A stretch of DNA of 64,000 nt from Azolla caroliniana (Eukaryota; Plantae; Polypodiophyta): positions 17,856,001-17,920,000 of the forward strand of contig JBHGNT010000001.1 of the NCBI GenBank assembly GCA_043228905.1, in the 5' to 3' direction. Made by a program: the position numbers and the translations under genes. Under the pieces are notes generated by a model that saw only the letters and a program-made list of their open reading frames with translations, did not search any database and was not told where the DNA came from. Positions 50,761-63,490 of this stretch are shown here, piece after piece (the first letter of the stretch is position 1; each line of letters starts with the position of its first letter).

Positions 50761-51225
50761 CATGTGTTGCAGGTGGTCAGAGTATGAAAGATGAGTGGGG
50801 GGATGAGTCGGTAGTGAAAATTAAGTGATGAATATTAGTTATTAATGAGTTAGATTTATAATAGGAACGGACGGATCTGGAAGAGTGGCACCAATCCCGA
50901 TCCGGATTCGTAGCAGGTTGCCGGTATGGCACCGTTTTGTAATCAGAGCCAGATACCAATAAAAGGATTTGAAGAACATTGTATTAAGAGACGGAATTAA
51001 TATAAGTAGAGTTGTCTTTGAGATTATTGTGTATCCATGTACCTTCCGATCTATGTTTATTGTCTTATCTTACGCGTGTAATCAATCCGTGTGTGTTCAT
51101 AATCCAGAATCGATCCGGAATCAGACGGATAAAGGGATATATGTGCCAGAAGAATTCACCCCGTAACCACCCCTTTGGTGAAGTGATCCGGAAGGACACC
51201 TTGTGTTAGTGGCTGGTCCAACTCA

Positions 51226-53413
51226 GGATTAACAATCAAAATGGTATCAGAGCGAAAGTGCAAATATGAAGGGAAGTGTGAGTGGATTTCCAAGAATGAT
51301 GCTCCTGGACCTGCACAACTATGCAGACTGGAAAATCAAGATGGAATATCTTCTCATCATCAGAGATCTGTATGAGCCCATCGACAGAGAGAAAAAAACT
51401 CATAGGGGGTTCTCAACATGAAGACGATGGCCACCATCAAACAATGCGTAGATGTCAGTATCCTTCAACATGTCACGAATGACACAAATGCCTATGAGAT
51501 GTGGTAGAAACTGTTAGGGTTGTACAAGAGGAAGAATGTCCTCAACAAGTCGACTTTGATGAGGAAGATCGTATGACTGAAGTACAGGTACGGAGAAAGC
51601 ATAGTGGAACACATCAACACATTCATGGGGCTAGTAAATCAACTTGTGGCAGCCAAGTTTCCCTTCGATGATGCTATGTAGGCCCTACTGTTGATGTGTA
51701 CTCTACCGGATAGTTACGAGAACTTGGTGGTGGCTCTTAACAACTCGTGTCAAGAAGAGAACTTGTCTCTACAAGTGGTAAAGAAAAATATCTTGAGCGA
51801 GGAGACAAGAAGGAAGGACAAGGGTGTCTTGTCCTGGTCGGAATCATACCGGTTGTCGGCTGATCTTGAAGGATGTCAAGCACGTGCCCGATATCAGGCT
51901 TAATCTAATATGAATTGGAAGAATGGACGATGAAGGCTATAGTGCTTGCTTTCGAAATGGAAAATGGAAGTTTTGTCGGGGAAACCTCATAGTGACCTGA
52001 GCATAGAAACAAGGCGCTCAGTATATGATGCATGCCCGATTGGGCAAGTCGGAAGCAAATGTAGCAACGGACTTGTGTGGAGAGTTATGGCACAAGAGTC
52101 TTGGCCACATGAGTGAAAAGGGAATGTGTATTCGAGCTAACTAGGAACTTCTCCCAGAAGTGAAAGGACTGCACTTGGACAAGTGTGTCGACTGCTTAGT
52201 CGGAAAGCAGAACAAAGATCCTTTCCACTCGAGACCATCAAGGAGAAGTGAAATTGCACTAGAACTAGTACACATTGATGTGTGTTATATAGATGCTCCA
52301 TCGCATCGAGGTGGATAGGATTTTGTGATGTTGATACATGACTATTGTTGAAAGTTGTGGAGTTCTGTACTAAAGTCGAAGGACCAAGTACTGTCATTCT
52401 TTGAGTTCCAGGCAAGAGCCGAAAGAGAGTCGGGCCAGAAGTTGAACGTTGCAAGGATTACTGCAAGGCCCAAGGTATTTGAATCGAATACACGGTGCCG
52501 AAGACCCCTGAGTTGAACAGGCTTGCAGAGAGGATGAATCAGATGATCATGGAGAGAGTAAGGAACATGTTGTCACATGCTAAGCTGCCGAAATCATATT
52601 GGGTTGACGCGATGTACACAGATGTTTATCTTATCAACAGATCTCCCTTGGTGCCACTGAAGCATGTGTCTAAGGATTAGGGGTCGAAGCTCAACAACAA
52701 GTCGAAACCATGCATATTCCTCGGGTACTCAGAGGATGAATTGTGCTACAGGTTGTTGGACTTAGTCGACAAGAAGGTAGAGAGGAGTCGGGATGTAGTC
52801 TTCTTGGAAGACAATACAATAGAGGGCTAGAAGCAACAAAAGTCGGAATCGGCTTCCCAGTTGACTCCTACTCCCACTGACTTAAGACTAGTCGAACTGT
52901 CACAATCGGTTGTTCGGAGACAGCTAGTCGGCACAACCGAATCCGAATCAGTCGACTCGGAGCAACTGACCAATACATATGAGTTAGAGTCAGCAAACCT
53001 ATTGAAGTCGATCAAGGAATATGAGTCGAAGTCGGCTAACCCTGAGCAACCGATCGACATGTATGAACCCAAGTCGAGAGAAGAGGCGGCAGAGACATCG
53101 GATAGGGAGGAGCCGACTCTTAGAGCCGACAGTCAATGACATGGAGAATCAACAATAGATGATCCAAGTCGAAGATAAGACCGACTAGTCTGGTTGACTA
53201 GATAGTCGACATAGGAGTCGACTAGTCTATCTAACTAGTCGACTGTTTAACTGTTACTATTATAACTATAATCATAGGAATAATAGTAATAGAGGCTACA
53301 TTTGTAGATAGCCCATATGCGGTGTAGAACAGAATAGTGTAGAATAGAGCTTTTGTAGTGTAGAAAAGAAAGAGAGAAGAAGAGTGACATTGACGTGGGT
53401 TTCCCCGAGTACG
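51226..53413 (+). mobile_element. Decayed, internally deleted copia (PBS 51242, gag and integrase remnants, partial LTR)
   Basis: TGGTATCAGAGC; NYADWKIKME; LPDSYENLVV; PKTPELNRLAERMN; RT absent. Confidence 0.85.
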
Positions 53414-56400
53414 TGTTGAAATGGGCAGGACCACGGGGGTCTTGAACCAAGGAGTAAGAGGGAGTAGGAAAAGCGATCGTGACGGTGTGCCTAGTCAGTT
53501 ACCGGAGGCGGGACAACAAGTGTGTAGGATCGCGGAAGGAACCGTGTCATGTAGTTCGTAGGTAGAGCGGGAAACTAGTTACGAAGAAACAGAAATAGAG
53601 ATGAAAACCCGAAACGAGAAGAGATTGACTTGAACAATCGAAACAAATAGATTAAGGTAAGTAGAATAAAACCAGGCTCGACTGGTAGTAGAGTCGTGCG
53701 TTCTACGAGACACTTCCCCACTCACGCATGACACAGACAGATCAAGAAGCCTTTGGTCGGGAGCTCACGGGCTTCTTGCGCGAGCAGAGGCTTCATTTCA
53801 GAATTGTACACAAGACAGAGAGCAATCGAGATCGAGAAATCTTGGCCCACAAACCGACAACGCTTCATCCTAAAACACAAACCTAAAACAGGTTCCTCTT
53901 TTATAGCACAAGGGGAGACTGTTACATCGCGATCGGTGTCAGACATCCCCCCCTCATTCCTCCCATCAAATCCCCACATTCTCTCTATGCATGTGGGACT
54001 CTAAAGTACCCTTTAATTCCTCCCACCTAGTACTTACCAGTCCTATGCTATTTACATTATGTTTGTAGATATTTCTTGGTTCGTGTGTATCAGTGCACAC
54101 ACCCATTCACGCGCGCTTAGCCCCATTTCTCTTTATGGCCGGAATCCTTCACGACACCACCCCCCACCAAACCACACATCCTCCGACATGTGCCAAGTAG
54201 TGCAGTGGGGGAGATTCCGGCCCAACCTTTACTCGTCTTCTCCCGATCCGTTGTTGGTTTGGTCCCCATCCAACTCCTCGCTGCCAATGATACCGTTCCC
54301 GGTCTCCAGATTCGGTTCCGCTTCATGTCTCTTCTTAAGGGCCTTCATCCATTTACCCACAACAGGAACCGCGAGCCTGATCCCGTCAAGCTCTGCCAGG
54401 CGGTACATGGCATTGTTGTTGGCGCACGTCACCATGTAGGGCCCGAACCATCGTCGTGCGAACTTCCGAGTCGACCGGTGCTGATTGTCCAGGTTGATGT
54501 CGTAAACCAGCACCCAGTCGCCTTCCTCAATCTTCCTCGGCCAGAGTCGGTGCATCTGATCGAACCAGGCCTTGTTCCCTTTCCTCGCTTCCTCCGTTCA
54601 CATCATCCCTCGTTCACGTCGCCACCAACATATCCTCTCGACGAAGTATCTCCACAGACAAGTCGACTGCCAACCATGAAGAGATTGTCCTTTCCACTGC
54701 CATGATCGGTTTTTGTCCGAACATAAGCTCAGCCGGCCTTTACCCAGTCACCGAACTATGCGTGGTTCGGTCCACGCAAAGTGCATAAGGAAGTAGTCTC
54801 GCCCAGTTCCTGACTCGTCTATCACACGATCGCACTAGTCTCGCCCAATTCCTAACTCGTCTGTCACATGCTCACATTAGTCTTACCTAGTTCCTGACTT
54901 TCCCATTCGCCTTCGGATTGTACGCCGTGGTGAGGGAAAGCTTTATGCCTAACCGGTCGAACAACTCCTCAGCTTCCTGCGCATGCAACTCCCCTCGGTC
55001 AGCCACGATCTTACCCATGCACCCGTATCGGCATACAACATTATATATTAGGAACTTGCATACGACCGTGGTTTTCCTGTTTGTCAATGCTCGGCCTTCA
55101 ACCTTATTTGTCATATCTTCTCTTGCTAGTTCTAGCAAGGGAAGATATGGCTGGCGGGTAAGTCAGGCGTAGCTCGTCGCGGTGTCGGATCACTAAGTGC
55201 ATCTGGCAGGTTTCACACATCGACACGAAGTGGTGTATGTCCTTATACATTCCCAGCCACCAGTACTTCTCTTTCAGCTTCTCGAACGTGACCCATGTCC
55301 CTCGATGTCCAGACCAAGGACTCTTGTGGAACTCCATGATCAACACCGATTTGTCTTCTTCCCGCATCACCACCCGGAGTGGGGCGTCGTTCCGCTTCTT
55401 CGAATGTCGCCAAATTTTCCCACCTCATAGGAAGAATTTGTAAGCTTTCTTTCGGAGTCGACTCGCTTCTTCTTTCTTACACGACCCGTCCATCATCATT
55501 GTGCTCAGGAATCTTTCGATCAGAACCCACTCCCCATCGTAGTCATCCTCGGTGAACTTGTCTAGGGCCGGACTTCTCCGCTAGTTCGCCAACATTCGAG
55601 CCGACTTGAAGAAGTCCATGCTAACCTCTCCGTTTTCCGACACCATGCCATCCTCATTCTCGAACCATGCCCTTGAGAGCATATCAGCCATAGTGTTTTC
55701 CTTTTTGGAGATGTGTGATGTGTCGTATCTCCGGATTCAGGGACTTGATGTACGCGATCCACCTGAGCATCGCCAGGTCTAAACTCTGGATCAGTAGGCA
55801 GTCCGCCTCGATTATTACTTCCATCCCGACCAAGTAGTCTTTATCGGCATTAATGGCCGAAACAATACCCCAGAGTTAACGTTTAACCTAGGCGTATCCT
55901 CGTTGCCGCTCGCTCAGCACCTTCGCACCGAGCCGGATGGGGAACCGTGTGTCACCCTCGTCTTCTTGATTAAACACCCACATGATTCCGGTCAGACTCA
56001 TATCCACCGTTATGTAAACCGGAGTTTCCGTCTTTTATATTGCTTTTCTGAGAGTCGGTGTTGCCGTCAGCCTCTCCTTTAGTTTCCGGACCGCCCCTGT
56101 GTGCTCTGGCCCCCTTTCGAACTTCTGACCTTTCTATAGCAACCCATAGAGCGGCTCGGCAAGGTGCGTGTAGCGTGGAATCCAAATGTGGTAGAAGGTG
56201 CACGCTCCAAGGAATCGCCAAACTTCCGTGACCAACCCATATTCCTCCGTCATCGCGGAGATGCCCTCTACCTTCCCCGGATGTGGCGTCCTCGAGAGCG
56301 GGGAAAACCGGCGAAAGGGGGGGGTCAAAATGTGCATGTGCAATGTGTGTGCACACAAAGGCAATGAATTGTGCAAATGCAAAAGGAAACGGAAAAAGAA

Positions 56401-56517
56401 AGGGTGTAAAGGATGTTACGAAGCTCGTGTAAAAAGTAAGAGACAGGAGAGATAAAAAGTAGAGGGGAGACAGGCTAAGAATTTATAAAGATAGAATTAT
56501 ATATTAGATAAGAGAGA

Positions 56518-56590
56518 GTTAATGGCCTAGTGGATAGTCACATTGACTTCTAGCTAGCAGTGCACGGTACAAATCTAGTCTTATAGTGCA
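56518..56590 (+). promoter_or_regulatory. Degenerate tRNA-Arg-like module in LTR G
   Basis: TGGCCTAGTGGATA ... TTGACTTCTA ... GGTACAAATC. Confidence 0.5.
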
Positions 56591-57695
56591 ACGTGATTTA
56601 AGGAATTTTATTCCTTTTGCATTGAAGACAAATTTGGTGACCCCCCTTCTTCTTTTCTTCTATAAAAGGCGGTCGAGGGGGGCTCATTTGGGAGGATGTT
56701 TTGGGAACATGAGACTATTGCCATTTTTCCTTCAAAGCTCTTCATCTTCTTCTTTCACCACTTCTCTTCATCTCATACCCCTTCATCCCCTCATCGCAAC
56801 GTTCTCGTCTTCTTGGCGTCAGCACACGAAGTGCTCATGAGCCCAAGCCTCGTTGGTTCGACGCTGCTTCGCCCCGTTCATCGTTGTGAGCCATGTGCTC
56901 GCCGTTTGGGTGGTCGTGGTTCGTTGGGGTTGGCATTTTGGTGGTGCTCGTGTGTTCATCTTCGTCGTGTTCGAATTTGCTCTTGTCTCTAAGGGCAGTT
57001 AGTATTTATGTTTTGATTGAGCTTGTGGTTGACTAGAAGTTGCCATTGTAGTCAAACCCTATTTTATAAAGGGTCCTCTAGCATTGGGATCGAACACGTA
57101 TTTATTTCTTTGGCTAATATCATTCGTGTTTCTTTCTTCTTTCTTCTTTCTTTGTCCGCGTCTTCCTTGTACGTTAGGATGTCTTGTGACGAGGGAGCAA
57201 TTCGGGCATTCCCATGCACCTCTCCTCCTCATAAAGACGTACGAGCATTCTGTGAGGAATCACCGCTTGGATTCACCTTCTTCGCTCGGCCACAACCGAT
57301 TAATCGCGGATCAATGTAGCAGAAAATAGGAAATACAGAGAAAGACGCGATACACAGGGATTAACGTGGAAAACCCTATACGGGAAAAACCACGGGAGTG
57401 CGAGACTCCGAACCAAACTATGCACAGAGAAATATACAATAGCAAGCTGCAAGGCAACGACCTTGAGCTCGCTGTCCTCGCCACAGGCGGCGGAAGTACA
57501 CAGAGGCGTCTACCTCTTCGTCTCTCTCGCGCTCTATCTCTCTCTCTCTCTCGGCTGCTCTCACTTCGCATGGGAAAAATGAGCAACAACATAAACTGTT
57601 TGCCCTAAGTCATATTTATACATATATGACTTTCGGGCTATTTACAAATATAGCCACAAGGGCTCTTAGCAAACATATTCACAAATATGTCCCCG

Positions 57696-57920
57696 CATCC
57701 GGATCCGTATCCGGGTACTCTTCATCCGGCTCCGTAACCGGGGTCTTCATCATCCGGATCCGTATCCGGGTACTCTTCATCCGGCTCCGTAACCGGGGTC
57801 TTCATCTTCCGGATCCGTATCCGGGTACTCTTCATCCGGCTCCGTAACCGGGGTCTTCATCTTCCGGATCCGTATCCGGGTACTCTTCATCCGGCTCCGT
57901 AACCGGGTACTCTTCATCAT
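57696..57920. repeat. 4 x 55-bp tandem repeat in Copia-4 U3 (also ~62518-62742)
   Basis: CCGGATCCGTATCC at 57699, 57754, 57809 and 57864. Confidence 0.92.
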
Positions 57921-57966
57921 CCGGACATCCCATCCGGAGGGACCGAAATCCCAACAAACTCCCCCT

Positions 57967-60900
57967 TCACTTCGGCATGGGATGTCTCTCCAACCCGATC
58001 CTCTTCCGGCATGTTTCCAGCTTGTCGGGTGTGAGCACCTTGGTCAGCATATCCGACCCGTTCTCGTTCGTGTGGATCTTCGTCAGCACGAACTCCTTGT
58101 CTTCTATCCTTTCCCGGATCCAGTGGTATCTACGCTGGATGTGTTTCGTCCGGGAATGGTAGGCCGCGTTCTTTGCAAGGTGGATGGCACTCTGACTATC
58201 GCAGTAGAGTCGGTACTCCTCCTGCCGGATTCCGAGCTCTCTAATGAAGTCCTTCATCCATATTATTTCCTTGCCGGCTTCAACAGCTGCCATGTACTCC
58301 GCCTCCGTGGTTGACAACGCAACCGTCTTCTGCAGCCTCGACTGCCACGAAACGGCTCCCCCTGCATACGTCATCACATACCCTGATGTGGACCGGCTGG
58401 TATCTGCATCAGCCGACATATCCGAATCGGTGAAACCGTCGAGTTCGGGTTTACCGGAACCGAATCGGAGGCACACGTTTGCCGTGCCCTTCAGGTATCG
58501 AAGTATCCACTTGACCGCGTTCCAATGCTCTTTGCCGGGATTGCTCATGTACCGGCTCACCACTCCGACTGCGTATCCGATGTCCGGTCTCGTACACACC
58601 ATGGCGTACATCAGGCTCCCGACAGCTGACGCATACGGCACTTTCATCATATCCTCCTTTTCAGCCTTTGTCTTGGGACTTTGCTTGCTGGACAACTTGC
58701 AGTTTGCCGGTAGGGTTGATCCGACCGGTCTTGCTTCCGACATGTTGAACCGTTGAAGCACCTTTGTCACGTACTTCTCTTGTGACAGCCACAACTGCTT
58801 CTTGCTCCGGTCCCGGATGATGTGCATCCCTAGTATTTGCCTCGCCGGACCCAAGTCCTTCATTGAGAAGGTTCGGTGAAGAGCCTTCTTCAGCATCCGT
58901 ATCTTGACCTGGTCCCGTCCGACGATCAACATGTCGTCCACGTACAGGAGGAGTATTAGGAAGTCTCCTCCTTCGAACTTCTTCACAAACACGCAGTGGT
59001 CAGACTGCGTTTTGAGGTACCCTTCGTCGGTCATGAAGGAGTCGAATTTCCGGTACCATTGCCGGGGAGCCTGCTTCAGTCCGTAAAGGCTCTTCTTCAA
59101 CCGGCATACCAGGTGCTCCTTCCCTTTCTTCTCGAATCCTTCCGGTTGCTGCATGTAGATCTCTTCTTCGAGGTCACCGTGAAGGAATGCCGTCTTCACG
59201 TCCATCTGTTCTACCTCGAGGTCCATGCTTGCCGCTATGCTCAGCACCGTCCGGATGGAGGTCATCTTCACTACCGGGGCAAATATCTCGTCGAAGTCGA
59301 CGCCCTTCTTCTGCTGAAACCCCTTCACCACGATCCTGGCTTTGTATCTCGGGGGGTTTCCGGCATCTCCCGGTTTCAGCTTGAACACCCACTTGTTTCG
59401 AAGTGCCCGCTTTCCTTTCGGCAACTCCACAAGTTCATATGTGTGGTTCTCATGCAGGGAATCCATCTCGTCCTGCATGGCACTCAACCACCTGCGGCTC
59501 TGGGTGTCATGCTTTGCTTCTTCAAAGCTCTCCGGCTCCCCCTCGTCGGTTAGCAGCACGTGCTCTGGTTCCGGAAATCTCCGGGGGGCTCTCCTCTCTC
59601 TTAGAGGATATCTCCGTTCGGGAGCTTCGGTAACCGGTTCTTCCGATTCTTCTTCTTCATCCGAATCCATTTCGGGATCGGGGCCGGTTCCGGTATCATT
59701 TTCATCTTCTTCGGCCGGTTCTGTTTCTTCACCGTCTTCGGCCGGGTCCTCGAGTGCTAACCGGTCCCTTGCCGGTCGGGACTGCTCCTCGTAGAGTTGA
59801 TCCTCACCGGTCGACTTGGAGCTCTTCATCTTCTTCTCCGACTCCCAGTCAGCGAGTGTCTTGTTCTCCATGAAGATGATATCACGACTCCGGAATATCT
59901 TCTTGTCAACCGGGTCCCATACTCGGTAGCCGAACTCGTCGTCGCCGTAACCGAGGAATATGCATGGCCGGGTCTTTGGATCTAGCTTTCCTCTCCGGTC
60001 CTTTGCCACATGCACGTATGCGAGACACCCGAACACCTTCAGATGCCGGTAGGATACTTCCTTACCGGTCCACACTCTCTGCGGCGTGTCTCCGTCCAAA
60101 GGTACTGAGGGTGATCTGTTTATCACATATGTCGCCGTCGACATTGCCTCAGCCCAAAATCCCTTGGGTAATTTCGCATGTGCCAGCATACTCCGGATCC
60201 TCTCCATTATGGTCCGGTTCATCCTCTCGGCCAGCCCGTTCAGTTCCGGCGTCTTCGGCACAGTAAACTCGAGTCGGATTCCCTTCGAGCGACAGTACTC
60301 CTGGAACTGCCCCCGGTATTCCCCTCCGTTATCCGCTCGTATCGCTTTCAGCTTCTTGCCGGATTCCCTTTCCACTCTCGCGTGGAGTTCTTTGAAGACG
60401 CACAACACTTGGTCCTTTGTCTTCAACGGTGCCGTCCACAGCTTCCGGCTGTGGTCATCAATGAATGTCACGAAGTACTGGGCTCCGCCATGTGACTTCG
60501 TCTCTACTTGACACACGTCAGTGTGCACCAACTCCAATGGTGCGCTACGTCTCGTCGGTGGCCTTGAGTGGAAGGAGGTTCGGTTCTGCTTACCGGCCAG
60601 GCAATCGGTGCACTTCTCCAGGTGCACATGCTTCACTGGGATAAGGTTGTCTTCTGCAAGCCTCTTCATCCCCTTCTCACTCATGTGGCACAGTCTCTTG
60701 TGCCACAGCTCACCGGCAGTGTCGGCTGCCACATTCAGCTCTTCCGGACATAACCAGGCATTCATCAGGTACAGTGTGTTGACCTTCCGGGCCCGAGCCA
60801 CTATCAAGCTCCCCTTGCTGAACTTCATGACACCGTTCCGGATGCTACCCGTGTAGCCTTCATCATCTAGCCTCCCGGCCGAAATCAGGTTCAATCGAAC

Positions 60901-62043
60901 CTCCGGAACGTGTCGGACATCCTTCAGCAGCATTTTGCATCCGGTCGGGGTTGTTAACCACACGTCTCCTATGCCGGCAATCCGGCACGTACCTTCATTT
61001 CCCATCCGAACACAGCCATGCTCACCGGCTGTGTAGGATGAGAAGTATCTTCTCTCCGGGGTCAGGTGGAACGATGCTCCGGAATCGACCACCCAGGTCG
61101 TCTCATCGCCGGCAATGTTTAGTTCACCTTCTTCGGTGATGAGCATGATTTCTTCCTCACTTGCCGCGAGTGCCGTTGTTCCTTTCCGGTCCTGCCCTCG
61201 CCGATCCGAACCTCTCCGGTCCGTGGCTCCCCGGTATGCACCGTTTCTCTCCGGTGACTTCTTCGAGTCGGTGTCGTCGGCTCCGTTGTCTTTTCGGTAA
61301 TGCCGACAATTCTTTCGGAAGTGCCCCGGCTTCCCACAGTGGAAGCATGTGGGTCTTCCTCTTGACTGCGACCGGGTCCCCGACTTCTCCCGTCTTTGCG
61401 GACTCCGGTTCCAGTGTCTTCCCCGTTCCGATTCGGTAAGCAGCGCCTTCGAGTCGGAGGCCGGTTCTTTGTCTCTCCGACGCGCTTCTTCGTTCAAAAT
61501 ACTTGTCTTTACCGTTTGTAGGGACAAGTTGTCTTCCGTGCAGGAGGTGCTGAGAGTCACCACCAAGTTCTCCCAGCTGTCCGGTAATGTACACATCAGG
61601 ATGATGGCTTGCATTGCATCCTCCAACGGGAACTTGATCGCCGCAAGCTGGTTCACGAATCCCATGAACGTGCTTACGTGTTCCACCATACTCTCGCCGT
61701 CCCGGTACTTGAGATTCACAATCTTCCTCATCAGGGAGGTCCGGTTCAACGCATTCTTCCTCTCATAGAGGCCCGACAGCTTCTTCCACATCTCGTGTGC
61801 GTTGGTGTCGTTCGCCACATGTTGTAGGACGCTTACATCGACGTATTGTCAGATCGTCGCTACGGCTTTCCGGTTCAGGAGCTTCCACTCCGACTCAAGT
61901 ACCCCTTTCGGTATTTCCGACCTGTCAATCGGTTCGTACAGGTCCCGAACAATCAGAAGATCCTCCATCTTGATCTTCCAGTCGGCGTAATTCTGTGCAT
62001 TCAGCACCATCATCATCGGCTGCCCGCTGCCGCCGCCTTCCAT
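57967..62043 (-). pseudogene. gag-pol: Copia gag-pol with a single CGA>TGA stop at 61849-61851
   Basis: Near-identical to 28285-32361; ATIRQY reads ATI*QY. Confidence 0.92.
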
Positions 62044-62942
62044 TTTCTGCAACAGTCGCTCTGATACCAGTTTGTGAGGAATCACCGCTTGGATTCACCT
62101 TCTTCGCTCGGCCACAACCGATTAATCGCGGATCAATGTAGCAGAAAATAGGAAATACAGAGAAAGACGCGATACACAGGGATTAACGTGGAAAACCCTA
62201 TACGGGAAAAACCACGGGAGTGCGAGACTCCGAACCAAACTATGCACAGAGAAATATACAATAGCGAGCTGCAAGGCAACGACCTTGAGCTCGCTGTCCT
62301 CGCCACAGGCGGCGGAAGTACACAGAGGCGTCTACCTCTTCGTCTCTCTCGCGCTCTATCTCTCTCTCTCTCTCGGCTGCTCTCACTTCGCATGGGAAAA
62401 ATGAGCAACAACATAAACTGTTTGCCCTAAGTCATATTTATACATATATGACTTTCGGGCTATTTACAAATATAGCCACAAGGGCTCTTAGCAAACATAT
62501 TCACAAATATGTCCCCGCATCCGGATCCGTATCCGGGTACTCTTCATCCGGCTCCGTAACCGGGGTCTTCATCATCCGGATCCGTATCCGGGTACTCTTC
62601 ATCCGGCTCCGTAACCGGGGTCTTCATCTTCCGGATCCGTATCCGGGTACTCTTCATCCGGCTCCGTAACCGGGGTCTTCATCTTCCGGATCCGTATCCG
62701 GGTACTCTTCATCCGGCTCCGTAACCGGGTACTCTTCATCATCCGGACATCCCATCCGGAGGGACCGAAATCCCAACACATTCCTGTTTGTGTTATCGTC
62801 CCCTTGTGTGTTCATCTTGCGTGCTCATCTTGCTTGTACCCATTTGATCACTTGGCTCGTGCGGTGATCTCAAAAAGTCGATGAGTCGTGATTAACGAAA
62901 GCCACCAGCCTCACAAAACAACGGGGAACTAGCCCTTGCTCC

Positions 62943-63490
62943 GAGAGAGTTCGTAGAGTGGGTTCATAGAGAATATTCGTAGAGAGAGTTCGTAGAGTGG
63001 GTTCGTAGAGAGGATTCGTAGAGAGAGTTCGTAGAGCAGGTTCGTAGAGAGGATTTGTAGAGAGAGTTCGTAGAGAGGATTCGTAGAGAGAGTTCGTAGA
63101 GTGGGTTCGTAGAGAGGATTCGTAGAGAAAATTCGTAGGGTGGGTTCATAGAGAGGATTCGTAGAGAGGGTTCGTAGAGTGGGTTCATAGAGAGGATTCG
63201 TAGAGAAAATTGGTAGAGTGGGTTCATAGAGAGGGTTCGTAGAGAGGATTCGTAGAGAGAGTTCGTAGAGTGGGTTCATAGAGAGGATTCGTAGAGAGAG
63301 TTCGTAGAGAGGACGTAGAGAGAGTTCGTAGAGTGAGTTCGTAGAGAGAGTTCGTAGAGAGAGTTCGTAGAGAGAGTTTGTAGAGAGGATTCATAGAGAG
63401 AGTTCGTAGAGTGAGTTCGTAGAGAGGATTTTTAGAGGGGATTCGTAGAGTGAGGATTCGTAGAGAGGATTCGTAGAGTGGGTTCGAAGA
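62943..63490. repeat. Minisatellite, ~13-bp variant units (TTCGTAGAG + AGGA/TGGG/AGAG)
   Basis: About 40 degenerate units visible directly. Confidence 0.93.

Larger units (their letters stand above)
27190..51225 (+). mobile_element. Fragmented non-chromovirus gypsy (F) hosting Copia-2, Copia-3/gypsy B and a hAT element; 3' LTR 50804-51225
   Basis: gag-like 27190-27657. Protease/RT/RNase H remnants 32975-33979 (LLGRPWL, YYASRKL..NYSTIER). Integrase 45533-46940; the frame HMVAD|YLS rejoins across Copia-3. PPT GAGTGGGGGGA. LTR termini TGAGTCGG/CCAACTCA. 5' LTR not found. Confidence 0.75.
57251..62778 (-). mobile_element. Young full-length copia (Copia-4)
   Basis: 706-bp LTRs 57251-57956 and 62073-62778 (one mismatch noticed). 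TSD CATTC. iMet PBS at ~62058-62069. Confidence 0.98.
56282..62915 (+). mobile_element. Putative LTR (G) inserted in gypsy C and split by Copia-4 (56282-57250 plus 62784-62915)
   Basis: Abrupt TG start inside pol. TATAAAAG near 56660. Possible end CCTCACA. No matching TSD seen. Confidence 0.55.
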
